From a virus (lineage: Duplodnaviria > Caudoviricetes), in IMG/VR virus record IMGVR_UViG_3300027754_000127, positions 1-52,889 of that record: a DNA stretch of 52,889 nucleotides; one strand, written 5' to 3'. Position numbers and translations under genes: made by a program. Shown one piece after another: positions 9,826 to 18,710 of this stretch. The notes below the pieces were generated by a model, which worked only from the letters and a program-made list of their open reading frames with translations, ran no database searches and was not told the DNA's origin. Each line of letters starts with the position of its first letter. Within the stretch, counting starts at the first letter, position 1.

Positions 9826-10146
9826 ATGAGTAAAAAATATTATTATACAGATGCTATAGTTGCTCTTTATATGATGAAGGAGTTTGGGGTTGAGTTTTAC
9901 GTCGATAGAAGTGACGGTATAAGCGGACTGAATAGTCACAACATACACACAGCTGATAAAACAAAAGTATCTTTAGAAGAATATTTTAAAGAAAATAATA
10001 ATAACATCTTTTTAATCCTAGAAGACTCACAGGACTTAGCGTTTACTGTAAAAAAAGAATCAGAACATATTTTTGAGCCAACAGAACCAGAAATTATTAT
10101 GAGAGACAACAAACACTTCTTTGCACCATTAAAAAAAGAAGTTTAA
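9826..10146 (+). CDS. Hypothetical protein
   Basis: ORF preceded by a GGAGG RBS. Confidence 0.6.
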   Translation: MSKKYYYTDAIVALYMMKEFGVEFYVDRSDGISGLNSHNIHTADKTKVSLEEYFKENNNNIFLILEDSQDLAFTVKKESEHIFEPTEPEIIMRDNKHFFAPLKKEV

Positions 10147-10171
10147 CAGAATCCCTTAGGGGTTAGATCGC

Positions 10172-10942
10172 TTGATCGCAATTATTAACTTAAAATTTAA
10201 AAACAAAGGAAATATGGATAGAGAAATAAATATTGAATTAGAAAATAAAAATTTATCGGATAGTTTTAAATCTAAATATTTTTTAGAAATGCAATGTAAA
10301 TCGGAGGCGGAACAAAATATTTTTTATAATAGTTTCCTATTGGATTATTTAACTAATGAATACAGTTTTTTAAAAAACTCCGAAGATATTAATATTAAAA
10401 GATGGGATGATTACCTCAATGATTTGAGGACTTTTATTAAAAATAAATTGGGTGGATATGAAATTAAGCATCGGAATAATTATCGGAATAATTTCAAAAG
10501 TTCTAAAGAACCAATATATCATGCTCATGATAAAACGGATTATATTAACCATTTTATTAGAGAGTTAAATAAAGATTTAACTCTACCAGTTCATCATATT
10601 TTTATTAAGGATAGCTTAGATGGGTTGGATAAATATTTACTATATTATGATTACAGTAACACACGTCCTGAATTTGTTACATTTTGCACTAGAGTAGTAT
10701 TCAAGAATAAAGATGTTTTAATATTCTTTTTAGAAGAAATCATAATGGGATTGATTCGTAAAGATGAGATAATATTAAAGATGTTGGGTCATTCAAGTGT
10801 TTATGATCAAGACATTAGAGAAAAAATATTGCGAGAAATTGTAGAAGACATGAATCGTGCTGATGACGCAAAAGATGAAAGAGATAGGGAGTTAGCAATA
10901 GAACATCAAAGAAAAAAGAAAGATTGTTTTTTTGGGCTTTAA
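10172..10942 (+). CDS. Hypothetical protein (likely start at 10213)
   Basis: AT-rich ORF with AAAGGA upstream of the ATG at 10213. Confidence 0.6.
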   Translation: MIAIINLKFKNKGNMDREINIELENKNLSDSFKSKYFLEMQCKSEAEQNIFYNSFLLDYLTNEYSFLKNSEDINIKRWDDYLNDLRTFIKNKLGGYEIKHRNNYRNNFKSSKEPIYHAHDKTDYINHFIRELNKDLTLPVHHIFIKDSLDGLDKYLLYYDYSNTRPEFVTFCTRVVFKNKDVLIFFLEEIIMGLIRKDEIILKMLGHSSVYDQDIREKILREIVEDMNRADDAKDERDRELAIEHQRKKKDCFFGL

Positions 10943-10967
10943 TTATTAATTTAAAATTTAAAATATT

Positions 10968-11207
10968 ATGGGATTTTTAAAAATAGAAAATGTTTTAATT
11001 ATTGGAGGTCTTGCTTTGTGGATAATTGAAACCGCTTATTTTGGTTGCGATCTTAAACCAATAAACAATGTGGAAAGGTTATTGGATTGCCTCAGTATGA
11101 TTATGATTGGGATTGGTATGTTCCTTAGTTGGGCAAATCAACCAAAAATTAACAAGATTACTATAAAACTCGACGAATCTTTTTTTATAAACTTAATGAG
11201 GCTTTAA
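10968..11207 (+). CDS. Small membrane protein
   Basis: Two hydrophobic segments. Confidence 0.55.
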   Translation: MGFLKIENVLIIGGLALWIIETAYFGCDLKPINNVERLLDCLSMIMIGIGMFLSWANQPKINKITIKLDESFFINLMRL

Positions 11208-11480
11208 ATGACAAATAACATAGGACACAACAACCCAGATCACTTAAAACAAATAGCCTCTGGTATTAAAACGTTATTAGAGGAGCAAGATAAAATTAAA
11301 CTTGATATCATAGATAAATACGCAGAAGCTAAAAGTGCTGGCTTTGACGCATCTTTGATTAGAAAAGTTATTGCAGAAGAAAGAAAAAGAGATAAAAACC
11401 CAGAATTATTTGATGAGCAGCAAGACTTGTTTGGTTTTTATGCTGAAAAAATTGCCCCAACACTTATAAAAAGGAAATAA
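11208..11480 (+). CDS. GapR-like (DUF2312) DNA-binding protein
   Basis: IGHN N-terminus and LLEEQDKIKLDIIDKYAEAKSAGFDASLIRKVIAE match the GapR/DsbA pattern. Confidence 0.8.
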   Translation: MTNNIGHNNPDHLKQIASGIKTLLEEQDKIKLDIIDKYAEAKSAGFDASLIRKVIAEERKRDKNPELFDEQQDLFGFYAEKIAPTLIKRK

Positions 11481-11767
11481 TGAAAGAAAATGAAATAATT
11501 ATAAAAAACTTATTGACTAAGGAAATTTTAGAAGTATTGAAAAAATATGGCATAACTAAGGATAATGATATAACAAAGGATTTTAAAAAATTAATTAATA
11601 AAATCCATTTTCCAGAATAACCTCTAACTAATTTTAAAACTGCTTAGGATTGAAGTGCTATAGTTTTTGCTGACTTGGTTAAGTTAGCTGGTTTTTTTCA
11701 TAGCCAAAGCAAAGAAAAATCCATTTTAATAATTAAAAAAATAATATTAATCAAAAAAGGAATAAAA

Positions 11768-12235
11768 ATGGCAAACTCTGTTAATCGTGTAATAATTTTA
11801 GGACATTTAGGTCAAAACCCAGATATTAAACAAAACCCAAACGGAGATCCAATAACCAATATTTCAGTAGCAACTTCTGAAAGCTGGAAAGGAAAAGATG
11901 GTGAAAAACAAACAAAAACTGAATGGCACAAAGTTGTTTTATTTGGCCGTTCTGCTAAGTTCTGTGCTGATTACGCTAAAAAAGGTAATCAAGTTTATCT
12001 TGAAGGTAAATTAACAACTCACAAATGGACTGATAAACAAGGTGTTGAAAAGTACACAACCGAAATTTCAGTTGATGGTTTTAGTGGGGATTTTAAGATT
12101 ATCAGTTGCAAAGATAAGGAAGATGGTAGTATTGAAATAACAACAAAGACAGTTGATAAACATAATGCGGCGAAGGCTAATTCTTATGTTAAGGAACAAG
12201 AAGACTTAGATTTGGACGACACAATTCCATTTTAG
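11768..12235 (+). CDS. ssb: Single-stranded DNA-binding protein
   Basis: SVNRVIILGHLGQNP and TEWHKVV motifs; C-terminal DDTIPF. Confidence 0.95.
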   Translation: MANSVNRVIILGHLGQNPDIKQNPNGDPITNISVATSESWKGKDGEKQTKTEWHKVVLFGRSAKFCADYAKKGNQVYLEGKLTTHKWTDKQGVEKYTTEISVDGFSGDFKIISCKDKEDGSIEITTKTVDKHNAAKANSYVKEQEDLDLDDTIPF

Positions 12236-12309
12236 AATGGTATTCATCATTGACAAATAAAGGTTAAATCATTAATATTAAAATTATTATTAATTTAACC
12301 TTCTCCAAA

Positions 12310-12774
12310 ATGAAACAATGTTTTAAATGTCAAACCACAAAACCACTAACAGATTTTTACAAACATCCTCGAATGTTTGATGGATATTTGAATAAGTGCA
12401 AAGAGTGTAATAAAAAAGATGTTAGAGGTAATAGGAAGGATAAAGTAAGTTATTACAGAGAATATGATAGGTTAAGAGGTAATAGAATTACTAAAGAAAA
12501 AATCAAAGAACGAGATTTAAAATATCCAGCTAAAAAACTTGCCCTAACCTTAATACATAACTTATTAAGAGCCAAAAAGATTTCTAGGCAACCTTGTGAG
12601 GAGTGCGGATCGGTTCAGTATGTCCACGCTCATCACGATGATTATTTAAAACCTTTCAATGTGAGATGGTTATGTGCCGCTCATCACTCACAATGGCATA
12701 AGAAATTTGGCGAGGCTAAAAATGGTAGTGTGAGAATTGAAGATTTAAAGATTAGAAGCATAACTCAATTCTGA
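12310..12774 (+). CDS. Zn-binding HNH-like endonuclease
   Basis: Three CxxC pairs and HAHHDDYLKPFNVRWLCAAHH. Confidence 0.75.
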   Translation: MKQCFKCQTTKPLTDFYKHPRMFDGYLNKCKECNKKDVRGNRKDKVSYYREYDRLRGNRITKEKIKERDLKYPAKKLALTLIHNLLRAKKISRQPCEECGSVQYVHAHHDDYLKPFNVRWLCAAHHSQWHKKFGEAKNGSVRIEDLKIRSITQF

Positions 12775-12798
12775 TTTTAACTAAACTAATTTAAATTT

Positions 12799-13119
12799 AT
12801 GACTAAAACACTAACTGAACTAACATCAGAATACTACGCTCTAATCAGTGGAGATCATCATAAGGATAGAGATTGCCATTTTTATATCCAAAAGACTTAC
12901 AGCTATAGTAACGAACCGTATTGGAAATTTCTTTATTATGGATATTGCTGGGAGGTGGAGGACTTTTTTACGGATGAGAGGAATATTGAAAAATATAAAT
13001 ATCTAAGAGATGATCATTCAGAATTCCCACGGAGACAAACTGAACAAGAAGCAGAGCAAGATATGCGAAACTTTTTGGAGTGGACAATAAAAAATGAACA
13101 GGAGAGAGAGATTGAGTAG
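12799..13119 (+). CDS. Hypothetical protein
   Basis: DHHKDRDCHFYI motif. Confidence 0.6.
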   Translation: MTKTLTELTSEYYALISGDHHKDRDCHFYIQKTYSYSNEPYWKFLYYGYCWEVEDFFTDERNIEKYKYLRDDHSEFPRRQTEQEAEQDMRNFLEWTIKNEQEREIE

Positions 13120-13532
13120 AATAATTTTTAAAAAACACGAAAATTCTAGGATTTATGAAGTTAATCCTTTACATAGGAAAACAAAGCCATATTGGAGATT
13201 TCTAGTTGCTAATAGTGCGTTTTATTATATGAAAGATAGAGGTCAAGGCGCAACAAACGGAACAATGTGGGCAGGAAGATATGGCGTGATTGACAAATAT
13301 GATTATGTAGAAATATTAAAAAACATAAGGTATGTACACCCAAAACCACAAAAAAGAATATTAAATAATGGGGTTTGCAGATGGTGGCTAGATTATAGAT
13401 TGTGTCAATTTAAAAAAAAGAAAATGCAAGCAATAACAATCAATAATTTACCTAAAATTTCCACGGAGACAAACTGAACAAGAAGCAGAGCAAGATATGC
13501 GAAACTTTTTAGAGTGGATAACAAAAAATGAA
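13022..13532 (+). repeat. 77-bp direct repeat pair (13022-13098 and 13456-13532; 4 mismatches)
   Basis: Direct comparison; the copies flank ORF 13094..13477. Confidence 0.95.
13094..13477 (+). CDS. Hypothetical protein lying between the direct repeats
   Basis: The ORF starts inside the first repeat copy. Confidence 0.5.
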   Translation: MNRRERLSRIIFKKHENSRIYEVNPLHRKTKPYWRFLVANSAFYYMKDRGQGATNGTMWAGRYGVIDKYDYVEILKNIRYVHPKPQKRILNNGVCRWWLDYRLCQFKKKKMQAITINNLPKISTETN

Positions 13533-13548
13533 AATCAGGTTACTAAAG

Positions 13549-13989
13549 ATGAGTAAATATAAAAATAAAAGAGTATCAGGATTTGATAGCTCTAAAGAGG
13601 CTAAGCGATTTGGGGAATTGGAAATCCAAGAAGCAATCGTAAAGAAAATTAAACCTTTGTCAGTTAATGACTGTTGGCAAGGGAAACGATTTAAAACTCC
13701 AGAATATAAAAGTTACGAGCAAGAATTGCTTTTAACTTTGCCAAAGATAAACCTACCTAAACCACCTTTTGAAATTTATTTTGAGTTTGGTTTTTCTAAT
13801 GTAATGTCGGATTGGGATAATCCAGTTAAACCACTTCAAGATATTTTGCAGAAGAAATATGGCTTTAATGATAAAGACATTTACAGAGCAGTTGTAGACA
13901 AAGTGATGGTTAAAAAAGGAGAAGAATATTTTAAAGTAAAAATATTTCAAAAGGTGGTTAATGACATTATAGTTGCTTTTAAAGCCTAG
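13549..13989 (+). CDS. RusA-like Holliday junction resolvase with a DUF1064-like N-terminus
   Basis: PLSVN...SDWDNPVKPLQDILQKKYGFNDKDI gives the RusA D-x-D-N...D pattern. Confidence 0.75.
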   Translation: MSKYKNKRVSGFDSSKEAKRFGELEIQEAIVKKIKPLSVNDCWQGKRFKTPEYKSYEQELLLTLPKINLPKPPFEIYFEFGFSNVMSDWDNPVKPLQDILQKKYGFNDKDIYRAVVDKVMVKKGEEYFKVKIFQKVVNDIIVAFKA

Positions 13990-14077
13990 AGAATTACTAT
14001 CCTTTTTAAGGAATATACACCGACTGTATATTCCGACCTTTTAGTCGGGGTTCTTTCTAATTAGAATTAAGGTTTAT

Positions 14078-14707
14078 ATGACAAACAAATCTCAAATACC
14101 AGATATTGCTGGTAAAAAATATTCAAAACTAACAGCCATCAGTTTTTGTTACTCTAAATCACAAATACATTATTGGCTTTTTAATTGTGATTGTGGAAAT
14201 AATAAGATTCTTCGTAAGAATGAAGTAAAGTGTGGAAGAACAAGAAGTTGTGGCTGTTTAATGCGTAAATATCCATCAGATACTACTAAATCAAAATCCT
14301 ACCATACTTGGCAATCTATGAGAGATAGATGTTTCAATAGTAAGAATTCAAGATATGCAAGTTATGGAGGTCGTGGAATCAAAGTTTGTGATAAATGGTT
14401 AAAGTTTGAAAACTTTCTAGAAGATATGGGACAGCCACCAAGTCCCAAACACTCAATTGATAGGATTAATAATGATGGTGATTATGAACCATCAAATTGT
14501 AGATGGTCTAACAATACTGAACAAACCAGAAACCAATCAAGTAATATTAGAATAGAATATTTAGGGGTCATTCGTAATTTAAGCGAGTGGTGTGAAATTC
14601 TAGGATTAAATTATAGCACTACCTACAATAGATTAATTACTCTTAATTGGGAGTCTTCTAAAGCTCTTTCGTTTCCAACAAGGAAAATGACAAAAACTAT
14701 ATTCTGA
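14078..14707 (+). CDS. HNH homing endonuclease
   Basis: CDCGN, SCGC, YGGRGIKVC and HSIDRINNDGDYEPSNCRW motifs. Confidence 0.9.
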   Translation: MTNKSQIPDIAGKKYSKLTAISFCYSKSQIHYWLFNCDCGNNKILRKNEVKCGRTRSCGCLMRKYPSDTTKSKSYHTWQSMRDRCFNSKNSRYASYGGRGIKVCDKWLKFENFLEDMGQPPSPKHSIDRINNDGDYEPSNCRWSNNTEQTRNQSSNIRIEYLGVIRNLSEWCEILGLNYSTTYNRLITLNWESSKALSFPTRKMTKTIF

Positions 14708-14913
14708 TTATTTATTTTTAGAGATATAACAACTAAATTATGACTATGAAAAGTATTGATATAGCTAAAGACATAGCCTATCTATGCAAATTTTGGAAAA
14801 AATAAATAAAAATAAAGAAATTGAAAATAATTAAAAAAGTTGTTGACTTTAATTTTTAAATCGAAATAATCATCATAATACTAAAAATAAATCGTGAATA
14901 AATATTTAAACAA

Positions 14914-15035
14914 AATGTTGTGGCGGAATAGGTAGACGCTTAATTTAGCAATATAAGAAAAACACTTTTACAGCGATTTTGCTGGAGTTATTGCTTTCGG
15001 TTTTTTCATGCAAAGTGCAAATCTTTGCCAACACT
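14914..15035 (+). ncRNA. tRNA(Leu)-like RNA with an expanded central/variable region
   Basis: D-arm TGGCGGAATAGGTAGACGC, T-arm-like GCAAAGTGCAAATCTTTGC and acceptor TGTTG/CAACA; about 122 nt. Confidence 0.55.
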
Positions 15036-15056
15036 AGTTTTATAAATATTTATAAG

Positions 15057-15129
15057 GCAATTTGGGTAGAGGCGTTTTTATAGAGCGTTAGGGTCATTCC
15101 CCTTGGCTAGTTCGATTCTAGCAATTGCA
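15057..15129 (+). ncRNA. Degenerate tRNA-like RNA (possible CAT anticodon)
   Basis: Acceptor GCAATT/AATTGC, T-arm GCTAGTTCGATTCTAGC and an AGGGTCATTCCCCT arm; the D-arm is atypical. Confidence 0.45.
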
Positions 15130-15213
15130 GTGGCAACAATTCTTAAAGAAATAGCTATCGGGGCTTATCTTAAACTAATAACCCTGATGGGAGCAACTAA
15201 ACAACAAAGAAAA

Positions 15214-15245
15214 TTTTAATGTATCCGAATTCGATTACATTAAAA
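15214..15245. terminator. Hairpin where the plus- and minus-strand blocks converge
   Basis: TTTTAATGTA...TACATTAAAA inverted repeat. Confidence 0.5.
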
Positions 15246-15671
15246 ACTAATCAGGAACAAATGCTTTTTCTATTTCAACTAAGAAGTGGACTAAACAAAC
15301 CAACTCCAAACCCACCAACTAAGCACTAAATCTAAAGGAATAAACATCCATATTTTTCTAGGGAGCAATTTGTTAATTTCAATATTGTTTCTTTTGATCT
15401 GAGCCAGTTCATTATCGTAATACCGCCCAACCAATAACATTATCATATATTGATTTTGTTGGATTGGTAAATTGTTTAAACGCAATCACATTAACATTAT
15501 CAGAATCTTTGGATCCGAGCGTGGAATCTTGATAATTTGATTTATCTAAAAAATTATTATTTTTCATTGTTTTTTATTCATTGGGAATTTCTTTTTATAA
15601 TCTGTGAAGTTCATATAATAGGCTATTAAGTTAATAATAGAGCTATTATAGAGATGATTATTTTTTGTTCT

Positions 15672-16067
15672 TTAGTCGCACCAGCTAGATTTTGTTTCTC
15701 CGTGATATTCTTTTGCTAATCCTTTGTCAATCATTAATTGCGATAGGCTTTTTCCATTAATAAAAACATTTCCCAAAACTCTTCCGCCGTATTTATCCCA
15801 CTTAACTATTTTATAGGTAATTTTATTTTTAGAGTTATTAATCAATCCATCAACAAATAATTTAGCCTCTTGTGCTTTAGATTTTTCTAAATCACAACTC
15901 CCTTTTATTTCTGGGGTGTCAATATCTATCAATCTTATTGATAGTGGTAAATTTGCTAAATCAGGCTTATTGTTTATAATTAAAATAGTATCCCCGTCAA
16001 TAACTTTAAAATTATCGGCATTAGCATTAGCGGATATGAGTAAAAGCAGAAATATATATTTTTTCAT
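15672..16067 (-). CDS. Thermonuclease (SNase) family protein with a signal peptide
   Basis: VIDGDT, IRLIDIDTPE and DKYGGRVLG motifs; hydrophobic N-terminus. Confidence 0.9.
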   Translation of the reverse strand: MKKYIFLLLLISANANADNFKVIDGDTILIINNKPDLANLPLSIRLIDIDTPEIKGSCDLEKSKAQEAKLFVDGLINNSKNKITYKIVKWDKYGGRVLGNVFINGKSLSQLMIDKGLAKEYHGETKSSWCD

Positions 16068-16159
16068 TTTTGTTTTTGATTAAATAAACCAAGTAAAAAA
16101 CCAAGCACAAAGCACTATAGTTAAAGGCATAAACATCCAGTATTGTTTGAAAAAATCTT

Positions 16160-16609
16160 TTATTTTATTGAGCATAAAGTTCTATCGCTGGTAATTTCTA
16201 AATCAAACTCTTCTGGCAAGTCTTTTTTTAATTCGTCACAAGTCTTTTTTGAGTCGATCAAAAAGAATTTATAAATTTTGTTTTTATGCTTAATGTCATT
16301 AACAATCTTTTCCCCTAAAGCTACGCATCCCAATAATTCATCAATAGTATTAGCTTGATGAACTTCTATATTAAATCGATTAGGAACATTTTGGATTGAG
16401 AAATATTGAAATTTTCCTGTGTAGTCTTTCTTTACTTTGTAAATGCCTTCAGGAATACATCCAGAATCATTTTGGGGAGTTTGTTTATTGTCTGGTTTGT
16501 TGCCGTTTTCTGGGCGTTCTAGGGTCAGGCATAGGCGATTTCCATTGAAGAGCCACTTACCTAAAGTACCCTCTTTGTGATAGTTAGTTCTTATTTGAGT
16601 TATTTTCAT
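16160..16609 (-). CDS. Putative endolysin (DUF5675, L,D-transpeptidase-like fold)
   Basis: TLERP...CIPEGIY...VPNRFNIEVHQAN....LLGCVALG; adjacent to the spanins. Confidence 0.75.
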   Translation of the reverse strand: MKITQIRTNYHKEGTLGKWLFNGNRLCLTLERPENGNKPDNKQTPQNDSGCIPEGIYKVKKDYTGKFQYFSIQNVPNRFNIEVHQANTIDELLGCVALGEKIVNDIKHKNKIYKFFLIDSKKTCDELKKDLPEEFDLEITSDRTLCSIK

Positions 16610-16986
16610 TTTTTATTTAAATTATCAAATTCTTTCCAGCAAAGTTGTTTTTCTTTATCCGTAGCTTTGCATTCGCATTTTTTAGTTGCTGCACTAGCTT
16701 CAATAAATTTAAATAATTCAATTGAGTTATTTTTAATTTTTTTCATTTCATTTTTTACCGATTCACTTTGGGGCAAAGGTAAAGCTAAATCACAATAATT
16801 ATTTATTATCATCGTCTGAACAGCCCCAGACCCAGCACAAGAATTTATCAACATAATCATCATGAACATTAAGAATAGCGATAATTTGCTTTTGTTTTTG
16901 TTGAATTTCATTGGTTGATTTTTGATTATTAATAACAATATCTTTTTGTATTGATTTTTCTTGCAATTGTTCAATTTTAATTTCAT
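16606..16986 (-). CDS. o-spanin-like lipoprotein (true start probably internal)
   Basis: Lipobox LINSC; overlaps the upstream i-spanin in a different frame. Confidence 0.65.
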   Translation of the reverse strand: MKLKLNNCKKNQYKKILLLIIKNQPMKFNKNKSKLSLFLMFMMIMLINSCAGSGAVQTMIINNYCDLALPLPQSESVKNEMKKIKNNSIELFKFIEASAATKKCECKATDKEKQLCWKEFDNLNKK

Positions 16987-17083
16987 TTTTACCAGCTTCC
17001 TTTGATTTGCTGGCTACCAAAAAAATAATAAATATTACAAATATTGCTAATCCTGTATATAAATATCGTTTTATTATACTCAT
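16799..17083 (-). CDS. i-spanin-like protein
   Basis: N-terminal TM, coiled coil and C-terminal cysteines. Confidence 0.65.
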   Translation of the reverse strand: MSIIKRYLYTGLAIFVIFIIFLVASKSKEAGKNEIKIEQLQEKSIQKDIVINNQKSTNEIQQKQKQIIAILNVHDDYVDKFLCWVWGCSDDDNK

Positions 17084-17267
17084 TATTTAAGTTAAAAATT
17101 TGTTTTTATCACATATTCAAAAAATAAAATTGCAGCAGTTATTGCAAAAATAACCAATGCAGCAGAAACCCCGATAGATAAACATTTTACCAAAAAAGAC
17201 ATGTCAGTTTTTGGGATTTTGTTCATAATATTGTTTGCTAAATTACATTCATCTTTTTTCATATTTG

Positions 17268-17834
17268 TTATAAATTAAAATTATAGTTAAAGCCCAAAGA
17301 AAATCCTTTTTTTAAATTAAATTCTTTTTTTGGAGCAACCAAACCAAAAGTAAATGAAAGGTTTTTGTTATAAAAATAATTTCCAACAACCCCATAAAGC
17401 AAACTAGATTGATTACTTTGACCAGCCAATGTATTTTTTAAATAAAGTTTTTTTTCAAAATTAACATTAGAGATAAATATACTTGGTATAAATTGCTTTA
17501 TTTGATAGCCCAACAAAAAAGTATCTACTATAATTTTGTTTTTGTTTAAATACACATCTCCGCTTTTTTTGCTAATAATTTCCTGATTGTGAGACCGAAG
17601 AAATAAACGATTAGTAAAAATACCAATTACAATAGGCAAATTTTGATCCATTTTATAACTTAAGCCCACATTAATACTGGGTGATTTAAAATACTCATTA
17701 TTGTTGAAATAATAATCTGGATCATCAATATTTAAAATATTTATAGATGCGCCAAGCACTAAATTAGTATTTTTACTATAAACTGGAAAACTAATAAAAA
17801 ACAATAAAAAACTTAAAAATAATTTATTTCTCAT
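17268..17834 (-). CDS. Outer-membrane beta-barrel protein
   Basis: Signal peptide, amphipathic strands and C-terminal FSLGFNYNF (BamA-type signal). Confidence 0.7.
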   Translation of the reverse strand: MRNKLFLSFLLFFISFPVYSKNTNLVLGASINILNIDDPDYYFNNNEYFKSPSINVGLSYKMDQNLPIVIGIFTNRLFLRSHNQEIISKKSGDVYLNKNKIIVDTFLLGYQIKQFIPSIFISNVNFEKKLYLKNTLAGQSNQSSLLYGVVGNYFYNKNLSFTFGLVAPKKEFNLKKGFSLGFNYNFNL

Positions 17835-18033
17835 TTTTTAATTTTTCTATTTCCTGTTTTATCAAAGTTACGACATCTACTGATAAAGCTTTAATATGTG
17901 CATTCATTCTCTCTATCTGATTCGACATTTTTGTTAATTCCTCTTTTGCAGCTGCTTTAATTGAATACTTAAGAAAAATCAAAAAACATATAATCAAAAT
18001 TAAAATTACAAATAAATCAATAATATTAATCAT
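17824..18033 (-). CDS. Small TM plus coiled-coil protein (holin-region candidate)
   Basis: One N-terminal TM followed by a charged helix. Confidence 0.5.
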   Translation of the reverse strand: MINIIDLFVILILIICFLIFLKYSIKAAAKEELTKMSNQIERMNAHIKALSVDVVTLIKQEIEKLKNEK

Positions 18034-18710
18034 AAATTATCCTTTGTTATTCTAAATAAATTTAATAATAAGCTGTTTTTTATTTGATCGGAACAAATTG
18101 ATGATGAATCATCCGCAAAAGATAAGCTAAAAATATAAACTAAATTATATCTAAAATCTTTGACCAAAATATAGTGAATTTTTGTTAATTTAAAATTGGT
18201 TAATTTAATTATTTGATTTAATAATAAAGGAGTATATTTATCACAAGCTGCTTGATTATCTTTTATATCGCAATTGTATAAAGTACCATCTTTTTCCTTA
18301 GAAAAATAATTATAATCATCAAATCCAATATCGTAATTATCTAAATAAGTTTTGTTTTTTAATATTAATGATGATGGGCAATAACCATCGTTTGGTTCAA
18401 GACATCCCAAAACCTCAACAAAACTCATTTTTTTTGTGTCAAGAGAAATTTTATTATCATCAAAAACCATCCAGCTTATAAAACTATTTTTTCCGCAAAC
18501 TTGTACAATTTCGCTCATTCTATTCCTTATAATAGAATGGTTTTTATTTTCTTGAAAATATTTGTTTTTTAAATAAAATTCTGCAAACAACATATAAAAA
18601 ATCATCAAAACTATTCCAGTTTTAACCAAACTTAAAATGTTTTGTTTTTTACAAAAATTAAAAATTCTTAAAATTAATTCTATTAATATTTTTATATTAA
18701 CTAAATTCAA
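18030..18710 (-). CDS. Membrane-anchored protein (possible T-type holin)
   Basis: A single TM followed by a Cys-containing soluble domain, in a lysis context. Confidence 0.4.
   Translation of the reverse strand: MNLVNIKILIELILRIFNFCKKQNILSLVKTGIVLMIFYMLFAEFYLKNKYFQENKNHSIIRNRMSEIVQVCGKNSFISWMVFDDNKISLDTKKMSFVEVLGCLEPNDGYCPSSLILKNKTYLDNYDIGFDDYNYFSKEKDGTLYNCDIKDNQAACDKYTPLLLNQIIKLTNFKLTKIHYILVKDFRYNLVYIFSLSFADDSSSICSDQIKNSLLLNLFRITKDNL

Noticed and set aside
13022-13532. DGR template/variable repeat pair
   Set aside because: There is no reverse transcriptase, and three of the four mismatches are C/T rather than adenine-specific.
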